Source: an uncultured Acidobacteriota bacterium
GTDB taxonomy: Bacteria > Acidobacteriota > Thermoanaerobaculia > Multivoradales > UBA5704
Length of the DNA stretch: 64,000 nt
Reading direction: 5' to 3'
NCBI GenBank assembly: GCA_963770895.1
Contig: CAVYRF010000001.1
Span: 1,696,001 to 1,760,000, forward strand
Shown: piece by piece, positions 41,550 through 51,897 of the stretch
Position numbering within the stretch: position 1 is the first letter of the stretch
How the letters are laid out: the number at the start of each line of letters is the position of its first letter
Made by a program: the position numbers and the translations under genes
Notes under the pieces: model-generated
Database searches by the model: none
The model's input: the letters and a program-made list of their open reading frames with translations, nothing else
What the model was told of the DNA's origin: nothing

Positions 41550-42299
41550 GTGGCCGCCGGCCCCACCTACCGCGAGCTGCCGCCGCCGCCCCACCTGGCA
41601 GCGGAAGTGGAATGCCTGTGGACGGTCGACACCGGCGGCGGCCACCCCGCCTACCTGGTGCTGCCGGACGGCTGCACCGACGTGCTGGTGCAGCCGGCGG
41701 CGGACGGCATGCCGCACGTGAGGATGGTCGGCACCATGACCCGCAGCCAGCACGTGGCGCTGCCGGCGGGGCAGCGGCTGTTCGGCGTCCGCTTTCGGCC
41801 CGGCATGGCCTTCCGCCACCTGCCGGTGGCGGCGGTCCATCTCACCGACCGCATGGTGCCGCTCGACGCCGTGTGGGGCGGAGCCGCCGCCGCCCTGGAG
41901 CGCCACCTGGCCGACGTCCCCACGGTGGAGCAGGCGCTGGATCTGCTGACCGCCCGCCTGGCGGCGCCGCGCGCTCCGGCGGGCGTCGTGCAGCGGCTGT
42001 GCGGATGGCTCGCGGCGCGCCGCGGCCAGGTCCGCGTCGACGACCTGGCGCGCCACTCCGGTCTGTCCTCCCGCCAGCTGCGGCGCCTCTTCCTGGAGCA
42101 GGCCGGCGTCGGTCCCAAGCACCTGGCCCGCATCCTGCGCTTTCGCCATGCGGCGGCGCTGGCCGTGGCCGGTCCGCGGCCCGACTGGGCGGGACTGGCG
42201 CTCGACGCGGGCTATGCCGACCAGGCCCACCTGATCCACGAGTTCGGCGCCTTCGCCGGCTGCACGCCGCGCCAGCTCGCCGCCGGCACCGGCCGCTGA
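41550..42299 (+). CDS. AraC family regulator (DUF6597 + HTH)
   Basis: YRELPPP, VLPDGCTD, GVRFRPG, SSRQLRRLF, GYADQAHLIHEF; GTG start inferred. Confidence 0.9.
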   Translation: MAAGPTYRELPPPPHLAAEVECLWTVDTGGGHPAYLVLPDGCTDVLVQPAADGMPHVRMVGTMTRSQHVALPAGQRLFGVRFRPGMAFRHLPVAAVHLTDRMVPLDAVWGGAAAALERHLADVPTVEQALDLLTARLAAPRAPAGVVQRLCGWLAARRGQVRVDDLARHSGLSSRQLRRLFLEQAGVGPKHLARILRFRHAAALAVAGPRPDWAGLALDAGYADQAHLIHEFGAFAGCTPRQLAAGTGR

Positions 42300-42551
42300 G
42301 CGCCGCCGGCGGTCGCCCCGGCGGGGGAGCGCCGTAGATCGATCCGCCGCTTCGCCCACCGCGGCCGCATCGGCATCCCTTGGCGGGTCCGCAGCCGCCG
42401 CCCCGGCGGCCGATTCTTACAATCCCGCGGCCCACCGGCTGGCATACGGTTGCTGCTGCGCACACGGCGCCGCCACCGGCGCCCGACGACATCGTTCCCG
42501 TCGGCGCCACCCGCGCCGGCGCCGGCGCCCACAACCGCAAGGAGAGATCGC

Positions 42552-42923
42552 ATGAAGATCACCCCCGTTCTGTACATGGACCGCATCGAGCCGTCGCTGG
42601 AGTTCTGGCTGGGGCGCCTGGGCTTCGAAAAGACCGTCGAGGTGCCGCATGAGGACGCCCTGGGCTTCGTCATCCTGCAGCGCGGCGCGGCGGAGCTGAT
42701 GCTGCAGACCCGCGCCAGCCTGGCCGCCGACCTGCCGGCGCTGGCCGACTACGCACACCCCGTCTGCGGCCTGTTCATCGAGGTCGAAGATTTTGCCGAC
42801 CTGCTGCGCCGCGTCCAGGGCGTGCCCATCGTCGTGCCCGTGCGCACCACCTTCTACGGCATGCAGGAGATCGTCGTGCGCGAGCCGGGCGGCAATCTGG
42901 CCTGCTTCGCCGCGCGCGCCTGA
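42552..42923 (+). CDS. VOC/glyoxalase family protein
   Basis: AAGGAG RBS; MKITPVL, FWLGRLGF, TTFYGMQEI..REPGGN. Confidence 0.9.
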   Translation: MKITPVLYMDRIEPSLEFWLGRLGFEKTVEVPHEDALGFVILQRGAAELMLQTRASLAADLPALADYAHPVCGLFIEVEDFADLLRRVQGVPIVVPVRTTFYGMQEIVVREPGGNLACFAARA

Positions 42924-43135
42924 CCCGCCTGGCCGGCCGAGCGCGGCGCGCACGCCGGCGCCACGGTGGGCGGGTAGTGGGTCAGTGAGCCACTCCTGGT
43001 GGGTGGTTCATCTTGCCCCGCCCTGGCAGGGATGTTAGGGTCCCTCATCATGTTCAGTGTTTGCGGATACACTGGCATCACGGCCCTGCGCACGTAGCGC
43101 CGGACGGCGGCTGGAAATCCAGCAAGGAGAGCACC

Positions 43136-44857
43136 TTGGTCTTCGACGGCGGCAAGAAACCCAACCTGGTACTTTTGATCACCGATCAGCAGAGCGGACA
43201 CCCGCATTGGCCGCCCGGCTGGGCGGAGGAGAACCTGCCGACGATGCGCCGCCTGCAGGAGTGCGGGCTGACGTTCGAAAACGGCTACACCAATTCGTGC
43301 ACCTGCTCGCCCAGCCGCACGACGCTCTTCACCGGGCTCTATCCGGCGCAGCATGGCGTCACCGAGGTGCTTGAATTTGGCAACTCGGGCCGCCCCGATC
43401 CGCAACCGGACGGCGCCAGCAGCGGCGCGCAAATGGCGGCCTCGGCGCAGCTGGTCAAGGAGCGCCGCCAGGTCGGTCTCTCCTCGCAGCTGCAAAACCT
43501 GGCGAAGATCCTGCGCACCGCCGGATATCACGTGGTGTACAAGGGCAAGTGGCACCTGACCAAACCGGTGCAGTACAGCCTGTCGCTCGATCAGAAGTAT
43601 TGGACCGAAGCGGACGCCGTGCACCTGGCCGACCTGTACGGCTTCGACGGCTGGAACATGCCCGACGCCGGCGACAACCTGGCGCTGGCCAACATGGCCG
43701 GCGGCCGGATCGACAACGACGGCCGCTTTGTCGACGGTCACGGCCAGGCCGCCCAATACGGCTACAGCATCCCGCTGGATCGCCGCGAGCGGCAGAGCGC
43801 CGTGCGCTTTCTGCAAACCTACGACGGCGCGGCGCCCTTCTGCCTGATCGTCTCGCTGGTCAACCCGCACGACGTGCTCGCCTTTCCCGGCACCGCCGGC
43901 AGCTACGTGACCCTCGCCAACGGCACCCAGGTGCCGCTCTACCTGGCGGCGGGCTATCGCGACAGTGAGTTCACCTCGCTGCCGATCGAGCCGCCGGCAA
44001 CGGTCGACGAGAGCCTCGATACCAAGCCGCACGCGCAGCGCCAGTTCCGCGTCCTGTCCAACCTGGGCAACGGCCCCATCGGCCCGAAGGACGTCGAAGA
44101 CCAGCGGCGCTACTGTCAGTTTTATGCCTACCTGAACCAGCTGGCCGACACCCACCTGGGCAAGGTGCTGGACGCCCTGTACGCCCGGCCCGGCGGCCGC
44201 GAAGAGACCGTGGTCTTCCGGCTGAGCGATCACGGCGACATGGCGATGTCGCACGGCCGGCAGCGGCAGAAGATGTACAACGTCTACCAGGAAACGGTGA
44301 ACGTGCCGTTCATCGTTTCCAATCCGCGCCTGTTTCCCAAGCCCGCAACCACCTCGGCGCTGGCCAGCCTGATCGACGTGTTGCCGACGGTGGCGACGCT
44401 CGCCGGCGTGCCGGAACGCGGCCGCTGGCTGTTCAAGGGGCGCGACCTGGCCCCCGTGCTCGCCGACCCGCGCGCCGACGTGCAGGACTACGTGCACTTC
44501 ACCTACGACGACCTCTACTTTTACGTGCCGGCCGCCAACCACATCCGCTGCCTGATCGAAAAGCAGTGGAAGTACGCGGTGTACTACGACATCTACACCG
44601 GCCGCGAACCCGAATACGAGATGTACGACCGCGCCACCGATCCGCTGGAGGTCCACAACCTGGCCCACCCCGGCGCCACCGTCTCCGCCGCCGTCCAGGC
44701 GCAGCGCCAGCGCCTGCACCAGCGCCTGACCCAGGCCATGGCGCACCTCGGCACCACCCCCGACACCATCGTCTGGCCCAAGGTCTCAGGCGGCGACGCC
44801 TTCGTCACCACCGACCTGCCGGACCGCAAGCTGAACCCGGAGGACTTCACCGAGTAG
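43136..44857 (+). CDS. Cys-type sulfatase
   Basis: KPNLVLLITDQ, CSPSR (CxPxR), KGKWHL, NPHD, SDHGD, DVLPT; TTG start after AAGGAG. Confidence 0.92.
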   Translation: MVFDGGKKPNLVLLITDQQSGHPHWPPGWAEENLPTMRRLQECGLTFENGYTNSCTCSPSRTTLFTGLYPAQHGVTEVLEFGNSGRPDPQPDGASSGAQMAASAQLVKERRQVGLSSQLQNLAKILRTAGYHVVYKGKWHLTKPVQYSLSLDQKYWTEADAVHLADLYGFDGWNMPDAGDNLALANMAGGRIDNDGRFVDGHGQAAQYGYSIPLDRRERQSAVRFLQTYDGAAPFCLIVSLVNPHDVLAFPGTAGSYVTLANGTQVPLYLAAGYRDSEFTSLPIEPPATVDESLDTKPHAQRQFRVLSNLGNGPIGPKDVEDQRRYCQFYAYLNQLADTHLGKVLDALYARPGGREETVVFRLSDHGDMAMSHGRQRQKMYNVYQETVNVPFIVSNPRLFPKPATTSALASLIDVLPTVATLAGVPERGRWLFKGRDLAPVLADPRADVQDYVHFTYDDLYFYVPAANHIRCLIEKQWKYAVYYDIYTGREPEYEMYDRATDPLEVHNLAHPGATVSAAVQAQRQRLHQRLTQAMAHLGTTPDTIVWPKVSGGDAFVTTDLPDRKLNPEDFTE

Positions 44858-44913
44858 CGGCCGAGGCGGCCGGTCGACGCACCTGACTGGCCGCCAGTGG
44901 CGCTTGGCCTCCG

Positions 44914-45906
44914 TCATGCGGGGAATGCGGATTGATCGCGGAGAGAAATTAGTTCCTGTGCCAGGATCTCTTCCAGGTGGCGAATTGATTTGTACACGAG
45001 CACCCGCTGGCCCTTTACGTTGAACTTCAGCTCTGCTTCATCGCGCACGGTGAGGATGGTCTGCCGGCTGCACCCCCAGGCGTAGCCAACCTCCAGATAG
45101 ACGTTCGGATTTGCCGTCGAAAGATCCGCAATGACCAGTGTTGCGCGCGAGATCCTCTGCTTGACCCATTCCACCACGTCGCCGCTAAATGCGGAGAGAT
45201 CGGCCCGCTCGCAAAGCAGTCCAGCTCGATGCACCGCTCCCTCGATACCATAATGAAACAGGTCCGTCATGGCGCCATCGAAGGGCATCGCCACAAACAC
45301 GTACGGTTTGGCAGCCGAGTCATAGCCTACGGTTCGCAGTAGCTCTCTCTGTCCATCGGCAAGCGCGGCAAGCGGATTTACCGTGTCGGTGGCAAGCCCA
45401 TCCGTGGGCACCAGCAGGGAGAGCGCGGTCTTCAGACGGTATGCGCGATTGGGGTCGCGCTCGACGAAGGACACTCTTGCAAGCGCGGCCGGGTAGCGGT
45501 TCCAACTGATCGCTTCGATGAGACCCGCAAGTTCAGCCCGAAATGCTTCCACTTCGTCCAGCCCATAGCCAGGCCCATGGATCGTCAAGGCGACATGCCT
45601 GGCCGCAGGCGCCTCAACGGCAAGGCATGCCAGCACCTTCCGCCCGAATTCTCTGATCTGGTGGTAATCAAGGTTGTGCAGTGGCACTACGCCGAGAAAC
45701 AAGACGGCATGCGCCCCAAGGCGGCTATCGGTAATTTCCAGCGTCCAGTCGTCGATCTCTGGCAGGCGAGGCGGACGTCTGCCAGAATCCGACAAATGCT
45801 TGTAGACCGCGAAGTCCACGCCGTACAGGCTCTGCGCGAACTTTAGGGCTAGCACGTCACATGGAAAATGGAGTGCGTCACCTTCGACGATCTCGATCTT
45901 GACCAT
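44914..45906 (-). CDS. Macro-like N-terminus fused to a nucleoside-deoxyribosyltransferase/TIR-like domain, lower GC
   Basis: IEIVEGDA..CDVL; FVAMPF, CERAD, VIADLSTANPNVYLEVGYAWG. Confidence 0.7.
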   Translation of the reverse strand: MVKIEIVEGDALHFPCDVLALKFAQSLYGVDFAVYKHLSDSGRRPPRLPEIDDWTLEITDSRLGAHAVLFLGVVPLHNLDYHQIREFGRKVLACLAVEAPAARHVALTIHGPGYGLDEVEAFRAELAGLIEAISWNRYPAALARVSFVERDPNRAYRLKTALSLLVPTDGLATDTVNPLAALADGQRELLRTVGYDSAAKPYVFVAMPFDGAMTDLFHYGIEGAVHRAGLLCERADLSAFSGDVVEWVKQRISRATLVIADLSTANPNVYLEVGYAWGCSRQTILTVRDEAELKFNVKGQRVLVYKSIRHLEEILAQELISLRDQSAFPA

Positions 45907-45946
45907 GGCGCCAGTTCTCAGTTGTCCGCTGCCGGCGGGGCAGGCG

Positions 45947-46558
45947 TCAGGGGCAGGTCTTGATGACGACTTCGACGCGGCGGTTTTTCTGCCGGCCGGC
46001 GGGGTCGTCGCTGCCGTCGGGTTTGGTGTTGGGCGCGACGGGGCGCTTCTTGCCGTAGCCCTTGATCGGCGTCGCCGCTGGCACGAAGCCGTGCGACGCC
46101 AGCCAGTCGCGCACCGTCGTGGCGCGCTGCTCGCTGAGCGTCTGATTGTGGGCGTCCGAGCCGATCGCGTCGGTGTGGCCTTCGAACACCAGCGGATGCT
46201 TGCCGCGCTGCGCGATCTGCGGCCCCAGCACCGCCAGGGTCTGCTCGGCGTCGGGGTTGAGGGTGGCCTTGTTGAAGTCGAACAGGGCGTCCGCCACGGT
46301 GGTCAGGCGCTCCTCGCACGCCGACTTTTCGGCGTGGATCGCCTGGATCCCCTTGGGCACCTGGATGTCGCCGGGGGTCTGCCAGTTCCCTTTCGGCTGC
46401 TGGATCGCGCCCGGCTTCTGCCACGTCCCCGACGGTGCCTGCTGCGCACCCGACGCCGGCCAGGAGCCGCCCAGAGCCATCACCACCAGCACTGCGGCCG
46501 CGCTCGATGCCACGCTCCGCGCGGCACGGCCGCGCTCCGCCTTCCCCCCGTCGCCCAT
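45947..46558 (-). CDS. OmpA-like peptidoglycan-binding protein
   Basis: LFDFNKATL, EGHTDAIGS, NQTLSEQRA, NRRVEV. Confidence 0.92.
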   Translation of the reverse strand: MGDGGKAERGRAARSVASSAAAVLVVMALGGSWPASGAQQAPSGTWQKPGAIQQPKGNWQTPGDIQVPKGIQAIHAEKSACEERLTTVADALFDFNKATLNPDAEQTLAVLGPQIAQRGKHPLVFEGHTDAIGSDAHNQTLSEQRATTVRDWLASHGFVPAATPIKGYGKKRPVAPNTKPDGSDDPAGRQKNRRVEVVIKTCP

Positions 46559-46652
46559 CCCGTATCCTCCCGTTGTTTGGTGACAGCTTAGGGAAGAAGG
46601 GGACGGCTGTCAAAGCCCGCTCGGACCAGGCGTAGCGCCCTGGGACGCCGCT

Positions 46653-47741
46653 TCAGCCGAGGTACTCGGGGTGCTGGGCGGTGGTGTCGAAGTGCTGCGA
46701 GATCTTGTACAGCTCGTACTTGCCGTCCTGGGCGGCGGCGGCGGTTCTGGCCAGGAGCGCTTTGGACTGGTCGGCGGTGAGCGGCTGGAAGGTGCGGGCG
46801 GCGTCCAGGGCTTGGTGGAGGATGGGGAGGGAGTCGCAGCCGGTGATGACGACGCTCACCGGCAGGCTCATGGCGTAGTGCAGGCACTCGACGGGAGTGA
46901 CGACCTTGCTGTCGAGGATGAAGTGGCTGCCCATCGGCTTCATCGCCAGGACGCCCATGCCGCGGCCCAGGGCGGCCGGCAGCACGCGCTGGCCGAAGCT
47001 GTTGAAGTGGGCGTCCATGACGTTGAGCGGCATCTGCACGGTGTCGAACACGAAGCCGTGGGCGGCGGCCACCTCCAGCATGTGGAGGTGGATGTCGGGG
47101 CTCTTGTGGCCGGTGAAGCCGATGTAGCGGATCTTGCCCGCCTGGCGCGCCTGGAGCGCGGCTTCCATGCCGCCGCCCGGCGCGAAGATGCGGTCGGCGT
47201 CGGTCATGCGGATATTTTCGTGGAACTGCCACAGGTCGACGCGATCCGTCTGCAGGCGGCGCAGCGAATCGTCCAGCTGCTTGGCGGCGGACAGCCGGGT
47301 GCGGCCGTCCACCTTGGTCATCAGGAACACCTTCTGGCGATAGCCGTCGCGCAGCGCCTTGCCCATCCGCTCTTCGCTCTTGCCGCCGTTGTAATCCCAG
47401 CAGTTGTCCAGGAAGGTGACGCCGTTGTCGATCGCGGTGCGGACGATGCGAATGCTCTCCTGTTCGTCCTTCTGGGTGCCGATGTGCGAGCCGCCGATGC
47501 CGATCAGCGACACCTTCTCACCGGTGCGTCCGAGCGTCCGGTAGGGCATGGCGCCGCTCGCCGGGGCGGGGGCCGCGCCCGCCCAGCGCGCGCCGCCGGC
47601 GGCGACCGCGGTGGCAAGCGACAGCTCCAGGAAGCTCCGCCGGCTGACGGCGCCGTGCTCTGATCCCTGCGATGCCTGCGATCGCAGCGATTCCGCGGTT
47701 GCCGCGGTCCGCGGCGAGGGCTCTTTCCCGCTGTCGTGCAT
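46653..47741 (-). CDS. Aldo/keto reductase with Tat signal
   Basis: SRRSFL; MPYRTLGRTG, DNCWDY, LMTK, GKIRYIGFTGH. Confidence 0.92.
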   Translation of the reverse strand: MHDSGKEPSPRTAATAESLRSQASQGSEHGAVSRRSFLELSLATAVAAGGARWAGAAPAPASGAMPYRTLGRTGEKVSLIGIGGSHIGTQKDEQESIRIVRTAIDNGVTFLDNCWDYNGGKSEERMGKALRDGYRQKVFLMTKVDGRTRLSAAKQLDDSLRRLQTDRVDLWQFHENIRMTDADRIFAPGGGMEAALQARQAGKIRYIGFTGHKSPDIHLHMLEVAAAHGFVFDTVQMPLNVMDAHFNSFGQRVLPAALGRGMGVLAMKPMGSHFILDSKVVTPVECLHYAMSLPVSVVITGCDSLPILHQALDAARTFQPLTADQSKALLARTAAAAQDGKYELYKISQHFDTTAQHPEYLG

Positions 47742-47835
47742 CGGCCTGCCTCCTTCCATCGTCCGCCGCAGGCATCCGCAAAAACCATGCCGGTGCGGCA
47801 CCGCTCGGCCGCCGGCGGTGCCGCGCCGGCGCGGG

Positions 47836-48355
47836 TCACCGGCAGCTCAGGGAGGCGAACAGGTCGTGCCACTGCGCCGCGATGCGATCCCAGCGATAGC
47901 GCAGGGCGGTGGCGGTACGAAAGGCGCTGCGGCCACGCTCGGCGCGGTAGCACGGGTCGTCGTACAGGCGGGCGAGGCTCGCGGCGAGCGCGTCGGCGCT
48001 GACGTCCTGGCCTTCGCACAGGGCGCAGGGAGCGCGGCACGTGGCGACCGGCTCCAGGAAGACGCCGGCGTCCTGCCACAGCTCGGCGCAGGCGCTGTGC
48101 CGCGGCACGATCTGCGGCGCCCCCGCCGCCGCGGCATGCTCGAACGCCACCAGCCCCCAGCCTTCGCCGGAGGAGGTGTTGACCCCCACGTCGCAGGCGT
48201 TGTAGAGCCGGTTGAGCTCGCCGGGCGTCAGCTCGCGATGGCGATTTGGCGTCCACCTGGTTGAGCAGATCGCGCTCCGCGTCGCCGCCGCCCTTGACGC
48301 GGATGGCGACGGTCTTGCTGGCGCGATAGCTTTTCCATTCCTGCTCGCTCGACAT
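47836..48355 (-). pseudogene. Chimeric remnant: 5' end of an unknown gene joined out of frame to the 3' part of a GT4 glycosyltransferase
   Basis: ATG 48355 with RBS encodes MSSEQEWKSYRASKTVAIRVK...; from ~48250 another frame gives LNRLYNACDVGVNTSSGEGWGLVAFEHAA and RYRWDRIA, with no GT N-terminal domain. Confidence 0.65.
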
Positions 48356-48385
48356 CTCCGCCTCGATCGGTGGTGCTCAGCCATG

Positions 48386-48415
48386 CTCTGCCGCGTCGGC
48401 GCGATTCATCTCACC
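48386..48415 (-). promoter_or_regulatory. Putative ECF sigma promoter, copy C
   Basis: Minus strand GGTGAGATGAATCGCGCCGACGCGGCAG, ending ~30 bp before ATG 48355. Confidence 0.7.
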
Positions 48416-48459
48416 TGGCTTGCCGCCTCGCATCCAGGATGGAAAGATTGGCCGCGAAT

Positions 48460-51400
48460 ATGGGAAGATCGCTGCACTTGGCCCACATATTCCCTCTGGT
48501 TCTGGGTTTGGTTTTGGCGCCGGCGCCGCCGCTGCTGCCAGGGCAGACGCTCACCGCGACCCTCGCTCCCGGCGCGACGTTCGCGGCCGTGCTCACCAAG
48601 GGCGCCGACGGTGCGCCGGCGGGCGGCGCCGCGCTCCTGGTCGCCGCCGACCAGCTGGGCGTCGACGTCGTGCTCGACGTGGTGGCTCCGGGCGGCGCGC
48701 ATCTCGGGCCGGTGGACAGCCCGACCGATCGCGAAGGCGCCGAATCGCTGCTCATCCCCGCCGCCGCCGCGCCCGGCGTCTATCGCGTCGAGGTGCGGGC
48801 GGCGGCCGGCGCCCTGCCGCCGGGCAGGGTCGAGCTGCGCGCCGAAGCGCTGCCGGCGGCCAGCGCCAGCGACCGCCGGCGCCTGGCGGCGGAGGGCGCG
48901 ATGAGCGAAGCCGGCCGCCTGTTCGCGGCCGGCGGCGCGGTGGCGCGGCGCGCCGCGGCGGCGCGGCTGGCGACGGCGCTCGACCTGTGGCGCGCGGCGG
49001 GGGAGCGCGGCCAGCAGGCGCGCACCCTCTACTGGCTGGCGCAGATCCAAGGCGCCCTGGGCGAGTCGCGCCAGGCGCTCGATCTCTACGGCTAGGCGCT
49101 GCCGCTGTGGCAGGCGGCCGGCGATGCCGGGCGCGAAGCCGACACCCTGACCGGCATGGGGCTGGCCAGCTGGCGGCTGGGCGACAACCCGTCGGCGCTG
49201 GCGGCGTTCCAGCGGGCGATGGCGCTCGAGCGGCAGCTGGGCGACCGCCACCGTGAGGCGGTGACGCGCAACAACCTCTGCCTGGTCGAGCACGCGCGCG
49301 GCGAGCTGCGCCAGGCGCTCACCTGTTACCAGGACGCCCTGGCGTCGCTCGCCGGCCAGGGCGAGGAGCGGCAGCAAGCCGTGCTGCTGCTCAATGCCGG
49401 CGCGGCGTCGGAAAGCCTGGGCGAGCCGCGCCTGGCGATCGCGCGCTTCCAGCAGGCGCTCGTCCTGCTGCGCGCCGCCGGCGACCGCAAGCAGCAGGCG
49501 CAGGCGCTCAACAACCTCGCGGTGGTGTGGAGCGAGCTGGGCGACAAGGACCGGGCGCTGACCACCTATGGGCAGGCGCTCGACCTCTTCCGCCAGGCCG
49601 GCGACCGCCTGGGCGAGGCGCGGGCGCTGCACAATCTCGGCGTCACCTACTTTGCGCTCGGCGAACCGCGGCGCGCGGAGGCGCACTACGAGCAGGCGCT
49701 GGCGCTGCGGCGCGAGCTGGGCGACCGCCGCGGCGAAGCCAGCACGCTGGAAAAGCTGGCCGCCGCCTACGGCGCGGAGGGCGACGCCGCCAAGGCGCTG
49801 GCCGCGGCCAGCCAGGCGCTGGCCCTGGCGCGCGCCGCCACCGATGGCGCCGACCGCGGCGCCCTGGCCGACGCGCTCGCCCTGCTGGGCAGGGAGCAGG
49901 CGGCCGGCGGCGACCTGGCCGCGGCGACGGCCAGCCTCGGCGACGCCGCCGCGGCGCGGCGGGCGACCGGCGATCGTGGCGGGACCGCCCAAGCCTTGGA
50001 GCAGCTGGGGGAGGTGCAGGCGCAGGCGGCGGCCGCCGCCGCGGGCCTGGCGCCGGCGGCCGCCGCGGTCGCAGAGGCGCTGGCCATCCGCCGCGAGATC
50101 GCCGATCCCGGCGCCCAGGTCGAGTCGCTCGACGCCCTGGCGCGGATCGAGCGGCGGCGCGGCCGCGCGGCGGCGGCGCGCGCCGACGCCGAGGAGGCGA
50201 TGCGCCTGGTGGAGTCGCTGCGCACGGCCATTGCCGGCCCGGCGCTGCGCGCCTCCTTCCTGGGCGCCCGCCACAGCGCCTACGAAACCGAGATCGACCT
50301 GCTGATGGATCTCGACGCCGCCGATCCCGGCCAGGGCCACGCCCGTCAGGCGTTCGAGGTCAGCGAGAGGGCGCGGGCGCGCGCCCTGCTCGACCTGCTC
50401 GGGGAGGCCCGCGCCGGCGCCCCCGCCGGCGGCCTGCCGCCCGACGCGGCGGAATTCGCGCGCCGCCGCCAGGCGCTCGACGAGCGCCTGCGGGCCAAGC
50501 AGCGCCGCCGCCTGGAGGCGAGCGCCGGGACCGGCGCCGCCGCCCCCGGCCAGGACCCGCCGCCAGCGGCCGAGCGGGCGGCAGCCGAGCGGCGGGCGGT
50601 GGCAGCGCAGGTCGCCGGGCGCGAGGTCGCAGCGGTGCTGCGCGAGCTCGACCAGCTGGACATCGAAATGCGTGCCGAGCGGCCGCGCTACCTGCAGCTG
50701 GCCGACCCGCGGCCGCTCACCGCGGCGCAGATCCAGGCGCTGCTCGATCCCGCGACGCTGCTGCTGGAGTTCGCGTTGGGGGAGGAGCACAGCTTCCTGT
50801 GGGTGGTGGGCAGCGACCGCCTCGACAGCTACCAGCTGCCCGGCCGCGCGGCGGTCGAAGAGCAGGCGCGCCGGGTGTACGGCCAGCTCGCCGCGCCCAG
50901 CCTGGACGCGCACGAGGCGGGCGCGGCGCGGCGCGACGCGGCGGCGCTCTCCCGGCTGCTGCTCGGCCCGGCCGCCGGCCGCCTGGGGGATCGCCGGCTG
51001 GTGGTGGTGGCCGACGGCGCGCTGGTCTACCTGCCTTTCGCGGCGCTGCCGCAGCCCGGCGACCCCGACCAGCCGCTGCTGGCGCGCCACCAGTTGGTGT
51101 CGCTGCCGGCGGCGTCGCTGCTGCCGCTGCTGCGGCAGGGCGCCGCCGCGCTGCCGCCGGCCGCTGCCGGCGCGGCGCCGCCGGCGATGACAGCGCCGGC
51201 GGCGGGGGTGGCGCGGACCCTGGTGGTGCTGGCCGACCCGGTGTTCTCCGCCGACGACCCGCGGGTGGCGGCCGGCGGTGGCGCCGTTGCGCGGGGCGCC
51301 GCGGGCGCCGCACCCGTCCTCGATCGCCTGCCGGCGACGCGGCGCGAAGCCGAGACGATCGCCGCCTTGTTGCCGGCGGACCAGGAGCGCCTGGCCCTGG

Positions 51401-51897
51401 ATTTCGCTGCCAGCCGCGACCTGGTGCTGGCCGGGGGCCTGGCGCCCTATCGCTACGTGCACTTTGCGACGCACGGGCGGATCGACGCCCAGGACCCGGC
51501 GCTCTCCGGCCTGGAGCTTGCCGGCGTCGCTCCCGACGGCACGCCGCGCGACGGCTTTCTGAGCGTCGGCGACATCTACGGCCTGCGCCTGGCCGCCGAC
51601 CTGGTGGTGCTGTCGGGCTGCGAGACCGCCCTGGGCAAGGCCATCCGCGGCGAGGGGCTGGTCGGCCTGGTGCAGGGATTCCTGGTCGCCGGCGCCGACC
51701 GGGTGGTGGCCAGCCTGTGGCGGGTGCCGGACCGCGCCACCGCCCAGCTGATGGGGAGCTTCTATCGCGCGCTGCTGGTCGACCGGCTGCCGCCCGCGGC
51801 GGCGTTGCGGCAGGCGCAGCTGGCGCTGGCCGGGGAGCGGCGCTGGCGAGCGCCGTACTATTGGGCGTCGTTCGTGCTGCTGGGCGACTGGCGGTGA
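48460..51897 (+). pseudogene. Secreted TPR-CHAT (caspase-like) protease interrupted by an in-frame TAG at 49093-49095
   Basis: Signal peptide, small beta domain, many TPRs, CHAT dyad VHFATHG and LVVLSGCET, APYYWASF; the two track ORFs share one frame across a single stop. Confidence 0.85.

Noticed and set aside
49093-49095. Pyrrolysine or genome-wide TAG recoding
   Set aside because: No pyl genes are in the window, and TAG ends several normal genes here (e.g. 10621, 18067, 44857, 55948).
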